Shown here: positions 49,364-62,036 of the stretch, piece after piece
How the letters are laid out: every line of letters starts with the position of its first letter
Position numbering within the stretch: position 1 is the stretch's first letter
Source: Geosiphon pyriformis uo1
Taxonomy: Eukaryota; Fungi; Glomeromycota
Reading direction: 5' to 3'
Length of the DNA: 64,000 nt
Assembly (NCBI GenBank): GCA_016748015.1
Contig: JAAOMT010000031.1
Span: 186,001-250,000 of the forward strand
Translations under genes and position numbers: made by a program
The notes under the pieces: model-generated
Told to the model about the DNA's origin: nothing
The model's database searches: none
Seen by the model: the letters and a program-made list of their open reading frames with translations, nothing else

Positions 49364-52300
49364 GTGTTTTGGTCTGGAAGATTGCCATGTGCAATATAAG
49401 GGACATGAACAATCCTATGAAACAGAATGATATAATTTGTTGACATAAAGAGACAAACAATTTGATTTCTATTGTTACTGAGACCAAGTTAAAGGGTAAA
49501 GTTCGCTCATAGATCATGAATAAGTTTGATGGTGTTCAGATATTTACCTCTGGTTTGGATTCTGGTTATCTGAGCTCTGGTGTTGCAATTGTTATGGACA
49601 TTTCTTTGGCGAGACATGTGTGCAAAGTTTCTAAAGTACCTGGTCAGCTTCTGTCTATTAAGCTGTTTTTCAAGAATAAACTTTCTGTGTTTATTTTGGG
49701 GCTTTATGCTGGTGCTTCTTCAATAGTTTGGTTCTCTTAGGCTGGTGAAGTCAACTCTCTCATTGCTAAGGCTGTTAACAAATCTTTTTTTGTTGTTTTG
49801 GGTGGTGATTTCAATGAGAATAGTTTGTACAAGAGTGTGAGTTTTAAAAGATGTCTTAACTTAGGACTGGTCAATTCTTTGTTAGGTAGCCCAGTGGTGA
49901 AGAGCCCTACATAAAAAAATTTGAGGGGTGTGAAAAAAACAATTGATTTCATACTAGTTTCATCTAATTTGGTCAATACAGTGGTGAATCACAATGTTGT
50001 GGATGTAAGCAAACATTTCAACATTAATTACTGAGCAGTTTCTGTGTCTGTAGGCTTGAGCAGTCTGCTGGATGCTCAGTTAAATTCTCTTTATAGATAG
50101 GCTAATAGGGATTATTGGAAGTTTGATTTCAGGGGTGCTAATGACAGTAAATGGAGTAGTTTTAGAGATGCCATTTCAGCCAATGCTAGAATGTTTGCCA
50201 ATGAGTTTACTGTCACTGTACAACTTTTGGATTTGGATATCATGTGGAGTATTTTGCACAAGATAATGACTCTTTTAGCAAATGAGATATTTAAGAAAAA
50301 ATGGTTCAAAAATTTTGATGAGGTTTTCACCAGAGATTTCTCGAGGTTTTATAGACTGGAGTTGCTAGTGTTTAAGCTGGTTAAGACTTTTTGCTTGGTT
50401 TCTAGTGTGGAATTTGTTTCATTGTTGGATACATAATATGGGCTTGATGCTAATAGTACATTAGTGGTGAAGTTTTTATTTCTTTCAGATTCCAATTTTG
50501 ACATGATTCACTCGGCTCTGGCTAAGGTAAGGAAATCTTATCACTCTTCTAAGTTGCTAAAATCAAAGCATGCTGAGGAAGCATGTATCAAGGCAGCTAT
50601 TATTAAGAGAATAGAAAGTTTTGAATCGGATAAGAGCCACACCATTAGAAGTGTTTTGGAGTGCTTCTTTCGCAAGGTGGTACTGGATCATCTGGTTGTG
50701 AGTAACGAATTGGTATTGGAGCCAAGCCTAGTTAAATCTAAGGTGGACAGAATCATAGAAGGTTGGACCAGGAAGTGCAGAGTTATGCCTGACATCTCAG
50801 ATGAATAGTCATGCCAATATCAGTCTCTGAAGTATGTTTTCGATGGTGCCTTTTTTGGCATAATGTGTTCTGTTGGTATTGACAAATTACTCGGTGTGAT
50901 TTCTGATCTTCTTGAATGTAAAGCTGCTGGTCTTTCTGAAATTTCAAATGAACTTTGGAAACACTGTGATAAATCAATTTTGGATATGCTTTTAGTGTTT
51001 TTAAACTCTTGTTTGATCTGCAAATTAGTACCCAGTGCTTGGAAGGAAGCTTGGGTATCAATGATTCCTAAACCATATGAATGAGATGGAGTTCTTACAA
51101 ACACCCGACCTATTGCCTTGATTAAAACTGCCCACAAGGTCCTTTCCAAAATTCTCTTGAATAGGATCTTGTCAGTATATAGTACTTTTGATGTTTTACA
51201 TGAGAACAATTTTTTGGTCTTAAGGAGTACAATAATGCAGTTACCTATTTTTGCCATTGGTTCAGTGGTTGAAGATGCTTTGGAGAAGAGTCATGAACTC
51301 TGGTTGGTCTTGCAGGACATGCAAAAGACTTATGATTTGGTCAAATGGGGGCATTTTTAAAACAGTTTGGTTAGAATTAAGATGTATAACAGGTTTATTA
51401 GATTTTTTGGTAGTATTTATAATGATTGCATTAATAAGATTATGACAGATTTTGGTTTGACAGATGGATACAGAGTACATAATGGATTGGACCAAGAGAA
51501 AGTGTTCTCGCCACTTCTGTGGCACATATTTTATGATTCTTTTCTGTGTAAAGTCAAGAGACAGGCAGATGGGTGTGGATATAGGTTGAATTTTTACTTT
51601 ATTTCTGAATGTGGTCATGCCGAATCTCAGGCTGGTCTCTCCTTCTTTTTTACCACAGGTGCTTTTGTTGATGATACTATATGAATTGGCAACAGTCGAA
51701 GTACTACACAGCATATTCTTAATATTGCTAGTAAATTTTTTGATATCAATGATATTTCAATTAATAATGATAAAACTGTGGCCATTTCCATCAATTGCAA
51801 GATTGCGGATTCTTCTCTGTTGATCAGTGGGTCACCTATTTTTATTGCCAAGAGAGAAGAATTGCATTACTATTTAGGATCTATCTGTCGACTGAGGGTT
51901 TTTCCAAACCTAGCTTGGCTAAAGCACATTCTGATGTCCAGTTTTTTGCTAATTTGGTCCTCAAAAAGGCAGTGTCTGATAAGCAGTTTTTGTATTTGGT
52001 TTTGGTGGTCCTCTTTTCTATCATTGGTTATAGAACACAATTCAGTTATGTTCTTGTCAGTGCTTGTAAGAAGTGGGACACTCTGATTTGTAAGGGCTTG
52101 AAATCTAAGTCTGGCCTGCCACATGACTTCTCTAGTGATGCAATTTATCATCTTTCTCTGTATGGTTTGAAGACTTTTAAGCAGATTCAGGCTAAGAATA
52201 AATTGGCCTCGGTTATTTTTTTTACAAATTCTGTTGGTATTTTGGGTCATCTATTTTCTCACCAGTTACATGCTCTTTAGATTTTTTGCTGGCATTGACT

Positions 52301-54022
52301 TCATCCTTTGCAGTACCTGGTTCGTGTTAAGATCAACTCTCTAAATAATTTTCTGGCTGGTATGGTGTGCATTTTTTTTAGAAGCGATTTGTCTTTGGGT
52401 GGCTCTCTGACTGATGCTTTTTGTCATCAGGGTAGAACTCCCATGTCTTGTGTTCTTGGTAAATCAACCTATTTTAAGTATGTCTCTTCACTTTGGTGTT
52501 ATAGAATTGTCTTTGTGAAACAGCTGCTTGACCAAAATGGGGCTATTTTTGATTGGAAAACCTTCAAGCAGTAGAAGTAGTTAGATCCGCGTGGTCCAAT
52601 ATCTGCCTAGTTTGAGCTTTCCATTTAATTTCTTAGTATTGTGTCATCTCCTTTTGTCTACTCCTTACCTTTAGATGACAGCAGCTCTTCAAATATTCTT
52701 TGTTTTTGTGGGTTTAGTGCTATTAGTGCCAATTTGTTGTGTTCTGATGTTGGTCGTCTTTCTGTTTATATGAATGAATTTTTGAGCAGCTTGGGGTCTG
52801 TTGATATGAAAGCCAGGGCCACTGTTTTCTTTGAGAACATTGGTATGAGTTTAGGGGTAGGAGTTTCTGGTTTGATGTCTTCTATCTTGACAGAATTGCA
52901 GACTATTGCTCTAGCTCTTGAGTGTGTCCCTTCTTCTCACTCAATTAACTTGTTCTCGGATAGTCAAGTGGCTTTGGATGCTTGCAAGTTGGAGTTGGAT
53001 TTGGTTTGCCCAGATTTTAGAAATTGGTGTTGGATTGAATGTTACCATATAATAAATGTTATTTGTCATAAAAATTTGGATATTAATTGGTGCAAGGTCA
53101 AAGGTCATTTGGGTGTTTTGGACAATAAGCATGTGGATGAGTTGGCCAGAGCTGTGGCTCTCTCTAGCTGGACTCTGTCTTATTCTATCAATAAGCAATA
53201 TCTTAAGGTTGGTGGTACTGCCATTTCTGGTAATCTAGGCATTTTGTTTGGGATGTTTTTCGGTCAGTCCATCGCACATATTAAAAAGTCAGTTCTGGTT
53301 CATGGGTGGTGGTGGATAGTCTGCGTGCAGATATTGATTGGTTCAGATTGTCACTGATATAACATCCAGATTCTCATATGGCTGCTGGTTTCTGGATGTA
53401 TTTTATAAAAGCATTGCATCTTCGGCTCTCTGTTGCCATGTGCAAACAGCTTTATGATAAGAGTTACCCTAGTGTAGTGTGTTTGTTTTGTGGTGATGTC
53501 AAAGTCTTGGACCATGTTTTTTCTTGTTTGTTTGATGTTAATAATTGTGCTCGTTTGTTGAACTCTCATGCATTAGCTTGGAGAATGCAATCTGGCCTGG
53601 GTCATTTTTTTTCAGTTGTCTCACAGTTGTTGTGCACTTGTTCGTCCAACATTTTGGTCAGCACTGCTCTGTGCAAGAGTTTTGTTTTTAAGGATTGGTT
53701 TCATGAATCTATCTCTGTTTTCAAGGATTCCAAAGTGGCGAGTCAGAACATTGTGGCTTTTGTGCGTGAGTTTAGTTATGCTTTTTGGGAAGACATTTGG
53801 TTGGTTCATGCTAAGCATCATGCTTTTATGGAAAAAAATGGACTTATTCTATGTGATGGATCTGTTTCTATCTCAATTTCTGGGCTTTTTTCAGTATTAT
53901 CGGTGGGTGTAATTGAATTGCTGGGTGTTGCTGAGGCAATTGGTGTTGGTTTTGGTTTTCATAAGTTTTGTTCATTTTTTTCAGGCATTGGTGATGAAAT
54001 TTCTGTTCATATAAGTATATAG
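49360..54022 (+). pseudogene. LINE D ORF2 (APE-RT-RNase H-Cys motif), disrupted
   Basis: GGDFN, QDMQKTYD, GAFVDDTI, TELQTI, DSQVAL and CLFCGDVKVLDHVFSC. Start ATG mutated to ATA. Confidence 0.9.
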
Positions 54023-54396
54023 TGTTGTCTTGATTGGTCTAAGTGGCTAGTTATGTAGAAAATGCATAATTTACACCTAGTTTAGATCATTTGCATGATG
54101 TATTGCACTAGGCAGTGTTTGGACTTTACTTGTTAAAGAGAAAAAATAAAAAATAAAAAATAAAATAAAATAAATAAATAAAAAATTAGTATTTTATCAA
54201 TTATTATAATCAAAAATAATTGATTTAAGTTGTTAAAATTTCAAAAACATTTATAAAGTTGCTTTGCTGTTAATTTCAAATTTTTTCAATTACATTATTA
54301 TTTTAATTATGCAAAACTTTAAAGAAATTGCTTTTCTTTCTTTTCTTCTCTTAGTCTTTATTAGCTATTTCTTTTATTATACTTTCATTTGTTACG

Positions 54397-56358
54397 ATGG
54401 AACCAGTGAACTCTTCTGCTGGTGGTTTGGGTTTAATTTTGGCTGGTTTAGGGACCTGCCAAAGTGCGAAAAATAAGCATATGGATATGGTCTATTCACA
54501 TAGTGCATTTTACAAGAAGCCAAAAAAGCTGGTAGCCAATAATGTGATTGACTTGTTTGCTGGTCTATTAAGTATAAAAAATATTAGTGGTGTCAGTGTC
54601 AAGCCTGAGGTGTCCTGGGGAAGTGAGGTTAACAGTATTGCTGGCAGTATAAGCAATCTCTTGAATGTAGAAAACATGGCAAACACAGTGGCTGAGGAGA
54701 CCAATTATGCAGAATCAGGTGAGGATGATAACATGGACAATGCTATACCGAGAAAGACTCACATTTGGATGTATGTGCTGGATAACCCACTGAGGCAACC
54801 TTTTTTCGAAAGTATGAGTGATGACAATATTGCACTGGAGCTTCCTTTTCATGTAGATATTAGGTCCAATCAAGTGTTGTTGCTCAAATCACATGTTCTG
54901 GGAATGCAGTGTTTTAATTTGATGAAATCTTTTGTGCTTGATATTGAGCTTTCTGTAGTGCCTAGCAAGTTAATTGGTGATAAATTAATTTCAATAAAAA
55001 AAATTTTCTATCAAGTGGATGGTTTTGGGGGTGCTTCCACTCTCTCAAAATTCCCTGGAATTATCAGATCATTTTTTACATCAGAATCTAGTTTGAATAA
55101 GGCTAAAGTATTGGTGATTAGTAATAAAATTCTTGTTAATAATGATCTTAGAAGGGTAAACAGCCAGTCGAATTAGAAGATGATTATTAAAAAGATCCCA
55201 GTGAATCTTCCCAGATCAGCAGTAGAATCGGTTTTCTCTAAATTTGGCAAGATTATTTTGATTAAAATGCAGTTGATTGGACTTTGGCAGAAGGCCATTA
55301 TAGAGTTTAAATTATCTGAGGTGGCCAGTCTGGTTGCTTTTAAATGATTGGTGTTCATGAGAAAAAATTCTGTGCATGTGGCTTTAACAAATAAAAACAA
55401 ACAAACATTAGTGTTTAAGAATTAACATTGGGCTTTGCTTTATACTCTTCCAGTTAGCACTACAGCCTATGATCTTTCTGTTTTGGTGGAGGCTTATGAT
55501 GAGAAAACCTGTTTTATTGACCATAATCTTGCATTTTATATATGAGATAGGTGTGCTGTCATTTGTTTTAAGGATAGAGCATCCAAGTTGGCTGCTATTG
55601 GTTCTGTTCCAGTTTTCAAGAGTGTGAGTTTGTGCTGGGCTAGTCTTTTATTGGCATATTGTGCCAAATGTAAACAATTTGGTCATGTTTCTGATGTGTG
55701 TTCAGTTGGTGAGAATTTTGGAGTTGGTGGGAAGTAGGTGGTAACTGATCAAGATTGGGTTTGTTTGGCCAACATTTATAAAAAAAAGCAGGCACCTATT
55801 ATTTGCCCAGTTTCTTTTAATGGCAAAACTTGGGCTCAAGTTGCAGGTGGTTCTTCTTTTCTTTTGGGTTCTTTGTCTCCTTTAGGTACTGATCTATCTC
55901 TTGGCACTAAATTTTCTATTGGTGCTTGGTCTTTTTCTAATAATACCAATCCCTATGGTGTCTCTAGTTTGTTCAATCACTTGGTGTCTTTGGAATGGTC
56001 TTTGGAGCTTTTAACTGATCAGATTTCTGATATTGTGAGAAAGTTGAGCTTTGTGGAACTAGTGCCTTTGCCATCTGTTTTTTATGAGCTTCCTTTGGCT
56101 GTTTCTATACCTTTGGCTCCAGAAGTTAACTCGAATATGGTTTTGGATAGTGCACCAGAGCCTTCTGCTCCCTTTTTTTCTGCTGTTGTTGATAATGCTT
56201 CTGGTTTCAGTTTGAATAGCTCCAAGATTTTAACCACCAAGATGAGTGGATTAGAGTCAAAGATAACATCTTTGGAAGTTTCAATTAGTTCAGTATTAAT
56301 TAGATTGGATCATTTGTGTTCTGGTTTTGGCTCCCTATTACCTTTTTTATCTCAATGA
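54397..56358 (+). pseudogene. LINE E ORF1 (nonsense-disrupted)
   Basis: MEPVNSSAGG...; CAKCKQFGHVSDVC; ends FLSQ*. Confidence 0.88.
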
Positions 56359-59300
56359 GTGGTTTGGTTTGAAAATTTGTTACATGCAACATTCAGGGTA
56401 TCAATGTTCCTGCAAAGCAAGTGGATGTTGTTTGCTGGCATATAAGTTCTGGGAATATGGTTTCTTTTATTACTGAAACAAAATTAAGGTCTTCTTCTGA
56501 GCTTTGGATCAAGGATAAATATGATGGAGTTCGGATTTTTACTTCTGGTTTGGATGTTGGGTATCTTGGTGCTGGTGTTGCTGTTATTATGAATAATTTT
56601 TTGGCTCATCATGTTTCTAAGATTGAAGTGGTTCCTGGTTGGGTTATTTCAGTGTGGCTTCTGTTCAAAGACAAGCTCTTAGTATCTGTTCTTGGTTTGT
56701 ACACTGGTGCTTCTGCTGGCATCCATTTTGGGCAAGCATTTGAGGTTAACTCTATCATTGCTAAGGCTATTAACACCAGTACTTTTGTGGTCTTAGGTGG
56801 AGATTTTAATAAGTACAGGTCTGGAAGAAGTGCAAGTTTCAAGTTCTGTTCGAGTCTGGGTTTGGTTAATTTATTTAATGGCCATTATTTGATTAAGGCT
56901 CCTATGTGGTGCAATTCAAGAGATGCTGAGAGAATCATTGATTACATTTTTGTTAGTAAGAGTCTATTTTCTACTATTGCAAAATGTTGGGTCAGTTTTG
57001 TTTCTGATTTCTTTGATATGAACCACAATGCTGTGGTAGTATCGGTCAGTTTGAGTGGGCTTCTGGATGTTTAATTGAATAATTTGTGCAAACAAGCTTA
57101 CAAGGATTGTTGGAAGTTCAAAATTAAGAATGTGGACAGTACTAGGTGGTCTCACTTTAGAGATTGCTCCTCCATTAGGATTTTGATAATAAAAGTTAAG
57201 TTTCTTGCTGCAGCTGTAGGTTATGATTTAAATGCTATGTGGTCACTACTGGAAAGAGCATTGGTGGGTTCTGCAGATGAAATCTTTTCTAGGCTTTGAT
57301 TCAGTAATTTTTAGTGTTCAAAAAATAAGCGGTCTTCTAAATTTCTGGAATTGAAGTTGTTGGTTGCCAAGATTGTCAAGAGGTTGGAATCTGATGATGC
57401 TTTCAGATTTGATTACCTTGTTGAAAAATGGTCAACTTTGGATGCTGATAAGGCTTTTGTGTTAAGGAACATGGTTCATGCTGATCAAAAAATAATGAAC
57501 ATTCTTAAATATTTGTCAATTGTCAGAAAAGAATACAGGAAGTCCAAAATATATGAATTGAAATTGGCACAGGAGGCTTTTATCAGAGCAGCTATTGAGA
57601 AATGCATGGGAAAGTTATGTTCAGACAAGGACAGTATGATCAGAAATGTTTTGGATAGATCCTTTCAAAAGGTGGTGTTGGATCACTTGGTGGTTGATGA
57701 TGAGCTGGTGTTGGATTCAGATAGGTTAAAATTGAATATTGACAGGATCATGGAAGATTGGACAAGGAAACGTGTGGTTTTTTCTGCGCTGTCTGATCTC
57801 TGGGCTCATCAGTATGCACCATTGGATTATGTTAGAGATAATGCTTTTTTTGGTGTGATGGATGCAATTAACATGAGTGAGTTGTTTGTAATTGTTGGTG
57901 GTCTGTCTAATGGCAAAGCTGCTGGCTTGTCTGGTATTCTAAACAAACTTTGGAAGCATGGTGGCAAGAGTGTGATGGAGTGCTTTTTGGTGCTGTTGAA
58001 TGAATGTCTCTTTGTTGGTGCAGTGCCTACCTTGTGGAAGAGAGCATGAGTTTTGATGATCCCTAAATCTTATAATTGAGATAGAATTTTCACGAATACT
58101 CATCCTATTGCTTTGATTAAGACAGTCAGAAAGATTCTTTCCAAGATTCTTTCTGATAGAATTTCTTTCACTTGCAGCAAGTTTGGTGTCCTTTGTGGTA
58201 ACAATTTTTCGGTGTTAAAGAGTATCTTTACTCAGATTTTAGTGTTTGCTGTTGGGTCAGTAGTTGAAGACACTCTTGAGAAAAATAAGGAACTTTGGTT
58301 GGTTTTGCAGAATATGTGTAAGACATATGATTCTGTTGGTTGGTACCACTTAAAAACTAGCCTATGGCATATCAAGATGTATAACAGGTTTATCAAGTTT
58401 TTTGGCAGTATTCATGAGAATAGGATTAACAGGGTGATGACTGATTTTGGTCTTTTAAATGATTATAGAGTACATGATAGTTTGAATTAAGGTGAGATTT
58501 TTTCACCCCTTCTTTGGAAAATTTTTTATGATCCACCATTGTGTGAAGTTAAAAGGCATGAGCATTTATGTGAGTACCAGATTAATACTAAGTTTGTGGC
58601 TAAATCAGGCAGAGTTGAGAGTAGTGATAGGATGTTTTCTTTTTTTGCAGCTGGGGCATTTGTTGATGACACTATTTGGATCAGAGATTGCCAAGCATTA
58701 ATGCAGTATGCCTTGGACATTGTTAGTAAATTTTTTTCAATTAATAATATTTTTATCAATAGTGAAAAAACTGTGACCATTCCTATTAATTAGAGTATTA
58801 AGATTACTTCTCTGAATATTAATGGGCAGCCAATTTCTATTGCTAAAAAAGGCAAAGCACACAGATATTTGGGGATTTTTTTGTCAATAAAGGGCTTGTC
58901 TAAGCCTAGTTTGGCCAAGGCTTATTTGAATGTTCATTTTTTTGCCAATGTAGTGCTCAGAAAGGCTATCATAGATAAGCAGTTCTCATATTTAGTGTTG
59001 GCTATCTTACAGCCCATTGTTAACTATTATATTCAATTCAGCTTTGTTTCTTCGAATGTGTATCACAAGTGGGATGCCTTGGTCAAAAAGAGCCTTAAGC
59101 TTAAAGCTGGTCTTCCTCATGACTTTTTTAATGCAGCTTTGCATTATCTCTCATTGTATGGCCTGAAATCTTTCGAGCAGATACAGGCTGAGAGCAAATT
59201 GGCTGCTGTGGTCATATTTTTTAATGCTTTAGGCATTTTGGAGCATTTGTTTGATTATAGATTTCTGGATTTGCAGGTTCTGGGTTGGGCTTCTTTGGAT

Positions 59301-62036
59301 CCCCTGCAGTTCTCTGTCAAGTTGCATGTTAGTTCTGTAAACAATTTTTTGGCTGGTGTGGTTAAGATTTTTTTGGATAATAAGCTGTTTCTGGTGAATA
59401 ATCTGCCTTGCACTTTTTATGATCTTGGTAATTTTTCTATGTCATTAGTGCTGGGGAGTGCTTCTTACTTTGGTTCTGTTTGTTTTTTGAAGCAATTTGG
59501 TGTTGTCTTTGAAGACAGATTGCTTGACAAGAAGAGTCATGTAATGGATTGGAAGACTTTTTACTGGTGGAAAAGACTTGACTCAAGAGGGTCTGTCTCT
59601 TATTGGTTCGATTTCACATCTGGGTTTTTGTGTGATGGTAGTGCTTTGTCATCTGGTCTGGCTAGAGCCAATTGACTTTCTGATTTGGACATTCTGGCTT
59701 CTGAAAAGTTTTCTGATTTGTATAGTAGTTTACATGAGTTATAGTCTAGTTCTTTTGAAATTTTTACAGATGGTTTGCTGAAAAATTTTGGCTCTTCTAG
59801 TGTTGCTGGTGGTGCTGCTGCATATTTTTCTGCTATTGACCATAGTATTAGTGTTGTTACTGGAGGTTTTTGGTCTCTTCTTAGCTCTTGTATGTTTGTT
59901 GTAATACTGTTAATTCACGATTATGGAAAGTGTTTGAACCTCTGATAATTGAATTTATCTTTAAATTATCTCCTATAATTTGAACTGCTGGGCTTATAAG
60001 TGGAATGGCCAATTCCATGCCAGTTACTTTATGTAGTTATGTTGTAGTAAACATCAACTCTTTCCCAGGAATTGCTTGTCTGGAAGCTCACAAAATATGT
60101 GTAGTTACTTTGATGTGAAAGTCAACTCTTCTACAGAAATCTCATCTGTAGGCTACCCTAATGATTTGTAATAAGAAAAGGAAAGAAAAATAAAAGAAAT
60201 GTAAAAGAAATAGAATTTTATCAAGAGAAATGTTTTCTATTCAGGCCTGGAAGTGCTTTAACAGTTTACTGAAATTGGTAGCTAGTCAATTTCAAACTGT
60301 TAGTAGGAATTGGTTAATTTCAAGGGAAATAATTTAAGAATTTGGTTTTTTTCGAATTATTTGATATTTATTTGTCTTTTGGGTGTAAAGGATTATTCTA
60401 ATTGTTTAAATCTGAAGGAAGATACATTTTCTCGAAGAGAGACACTCTTCTTTTATACAACTTGTCATAACACTATTCTATGAACTCAAACTTTGCTATT
60501 TTCTACAATTTCACTGAATTAAAGATACATTTTGGTGAACTACAAATTATTTCTGTGAACTATTAGATATTTTGGTGAACTATCAATTATTTCGGTGAAT
60601 TTCTACAAATTTTGGTGAACTTTTTGAATGTTACATAGTTCGGGATATTGCATAATTGATTATTGCAATTAGGTTATATTTGTGTTATGTACAAATTGGG
60701 TTATTAATTAAATGATAATTTTGAATATATTTTGCTAATGTAATAAGTGATAATTTGAAACAATAATATATGCTAACTAATAATAAGATTTATAAAGGTA
60801 ATTTCATGCTAAACAATATTTCTAATTTCGTCTGGTAACAGTGTTAGGGTCTATGGTTTGATGTCTTCTATCTTGGCCAAGTTGCAGGCTGTTGCTTTGG
60901 TGTTGGAATGTGTTCTATCTTTTAGTGCAGTAACAGTATATCTTGATAGCCAAGCTGCCATTAATGTGTGTGTCTCCAAGTTGTCTTATCTGGTGTCTGA
61001 TTTCTAAGTTCTGTGCTAGATGGAGAGACATTATATTTTTGATTTAATTAGAGAAAAAGATTTGAGTGTAAGCTGGATCAAAGTTAAAAGTTATTCTGGT
61101 GTTTGTGGCAACATTAAAGCTAATGCTGCTGCTGGTGCTGTTGCATGTTCTCAGTTTTCCTTGCCTATTGGGGTGTGGGAATGGCTTTTAATTGCTGAGA
61201 GTATGGTTGTGTTTGACAATGCCCACCATTTTGTTAGGGATCTGTTTAGGTCTGTGTGCTGGGCACATTAGAAGGGTGGGCTTGGCTGTGATATAATTCG
61301 GAGTAGTTTGATCAAATATGTAGACTGGAGTGCTACCTTAAAAGTGTAGCACTCTGACTCACATATGCTTGCTGGGTTTACTAGCCAGAAGTTTTTTGTG
61401 CTGTGGTCATATTTAATGAAGGCTGTGCACTATCAACTCTCTGTGACTGTTTAAAAGAGGTTGTATGATAAGAGTTACCCTGGTGTGCTGTGCTTATTGT
61501 GTTAAGAAATGGAGTTGCCTGATCATGTGTTTTCTTGTGCTATGGATGCTGGTGTTTGAGATGAAATTTTTATTGAGGCCACTACATCTTGAGTTTCTTT
61601 GGTGGGTTCTTGTGTCTTGTTTTTTTCTACTGTTCTGCAGTTTTTTGGTCATTGTTCTTTGGATGTCAGCTTGTATTCAGTTCTGTGTAAGGGATTTGTC
61701 ATGTGTAATTGGTGCTCAAAGGCTGTTGAGGTTTTTGAAGTCAAAAAGATGGCTGTTGGTATTGTTGTTGATTTTGTAAGGAGTATTGTTGAGCTACACT
61801 ATAGTAGAGTCTGGCTAGTAAGATCTAGTTATAGAGTGAGCATGGAAAAGACTGGTTCAGTTGGGAATGATAGGGTGATATCAGGTTTGTCACATTACAA
61901 GACATCTGTGTTGTCTGATGACATGGTTTGGATGCTTGGTGTTTTGGGTTCTTTTTCTGTTAACTTTGGCCATTGTAAGCCTAAACTTTTCTTTTCTGGT
62001 TTGGATTTTAGTCTTTGAGTCGTTATAAGTGTGTAG
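56355..62036 (+). pseudogene. LINE E ORF2, disrupted; RNase H split by a solo LTR
   Basis: ATGA overlap with ORF1. Motifs GGDFN, IDYIF, GAFVDDTIW, IFTDG and DSQAA. Stop at 62034-62036. Confidence 0.9.
59855..60840 (-). mobile_element. Solo LTR, family A (divergent subfamily)
   Basis: TGTTACTGGA...TCTGGTAACA with a perfect 4-bp TSD GTGT (59851-59854 / 60841-60844). Removing it restores SISVRVYGLMSS. Homologous to 19691-20702. Confidence 0.93.

Larger units (their letters stand above)
47277..54181 (+). mobile_element. Full-length LINE (copy D)
   Basis: 5' UTR like copy A; ORF1 47405-49363; ORF2 49360-54022; 3' tail and A-rich end. Possible TSD AAAATTA(A/G)T. Confidence 0.93.
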
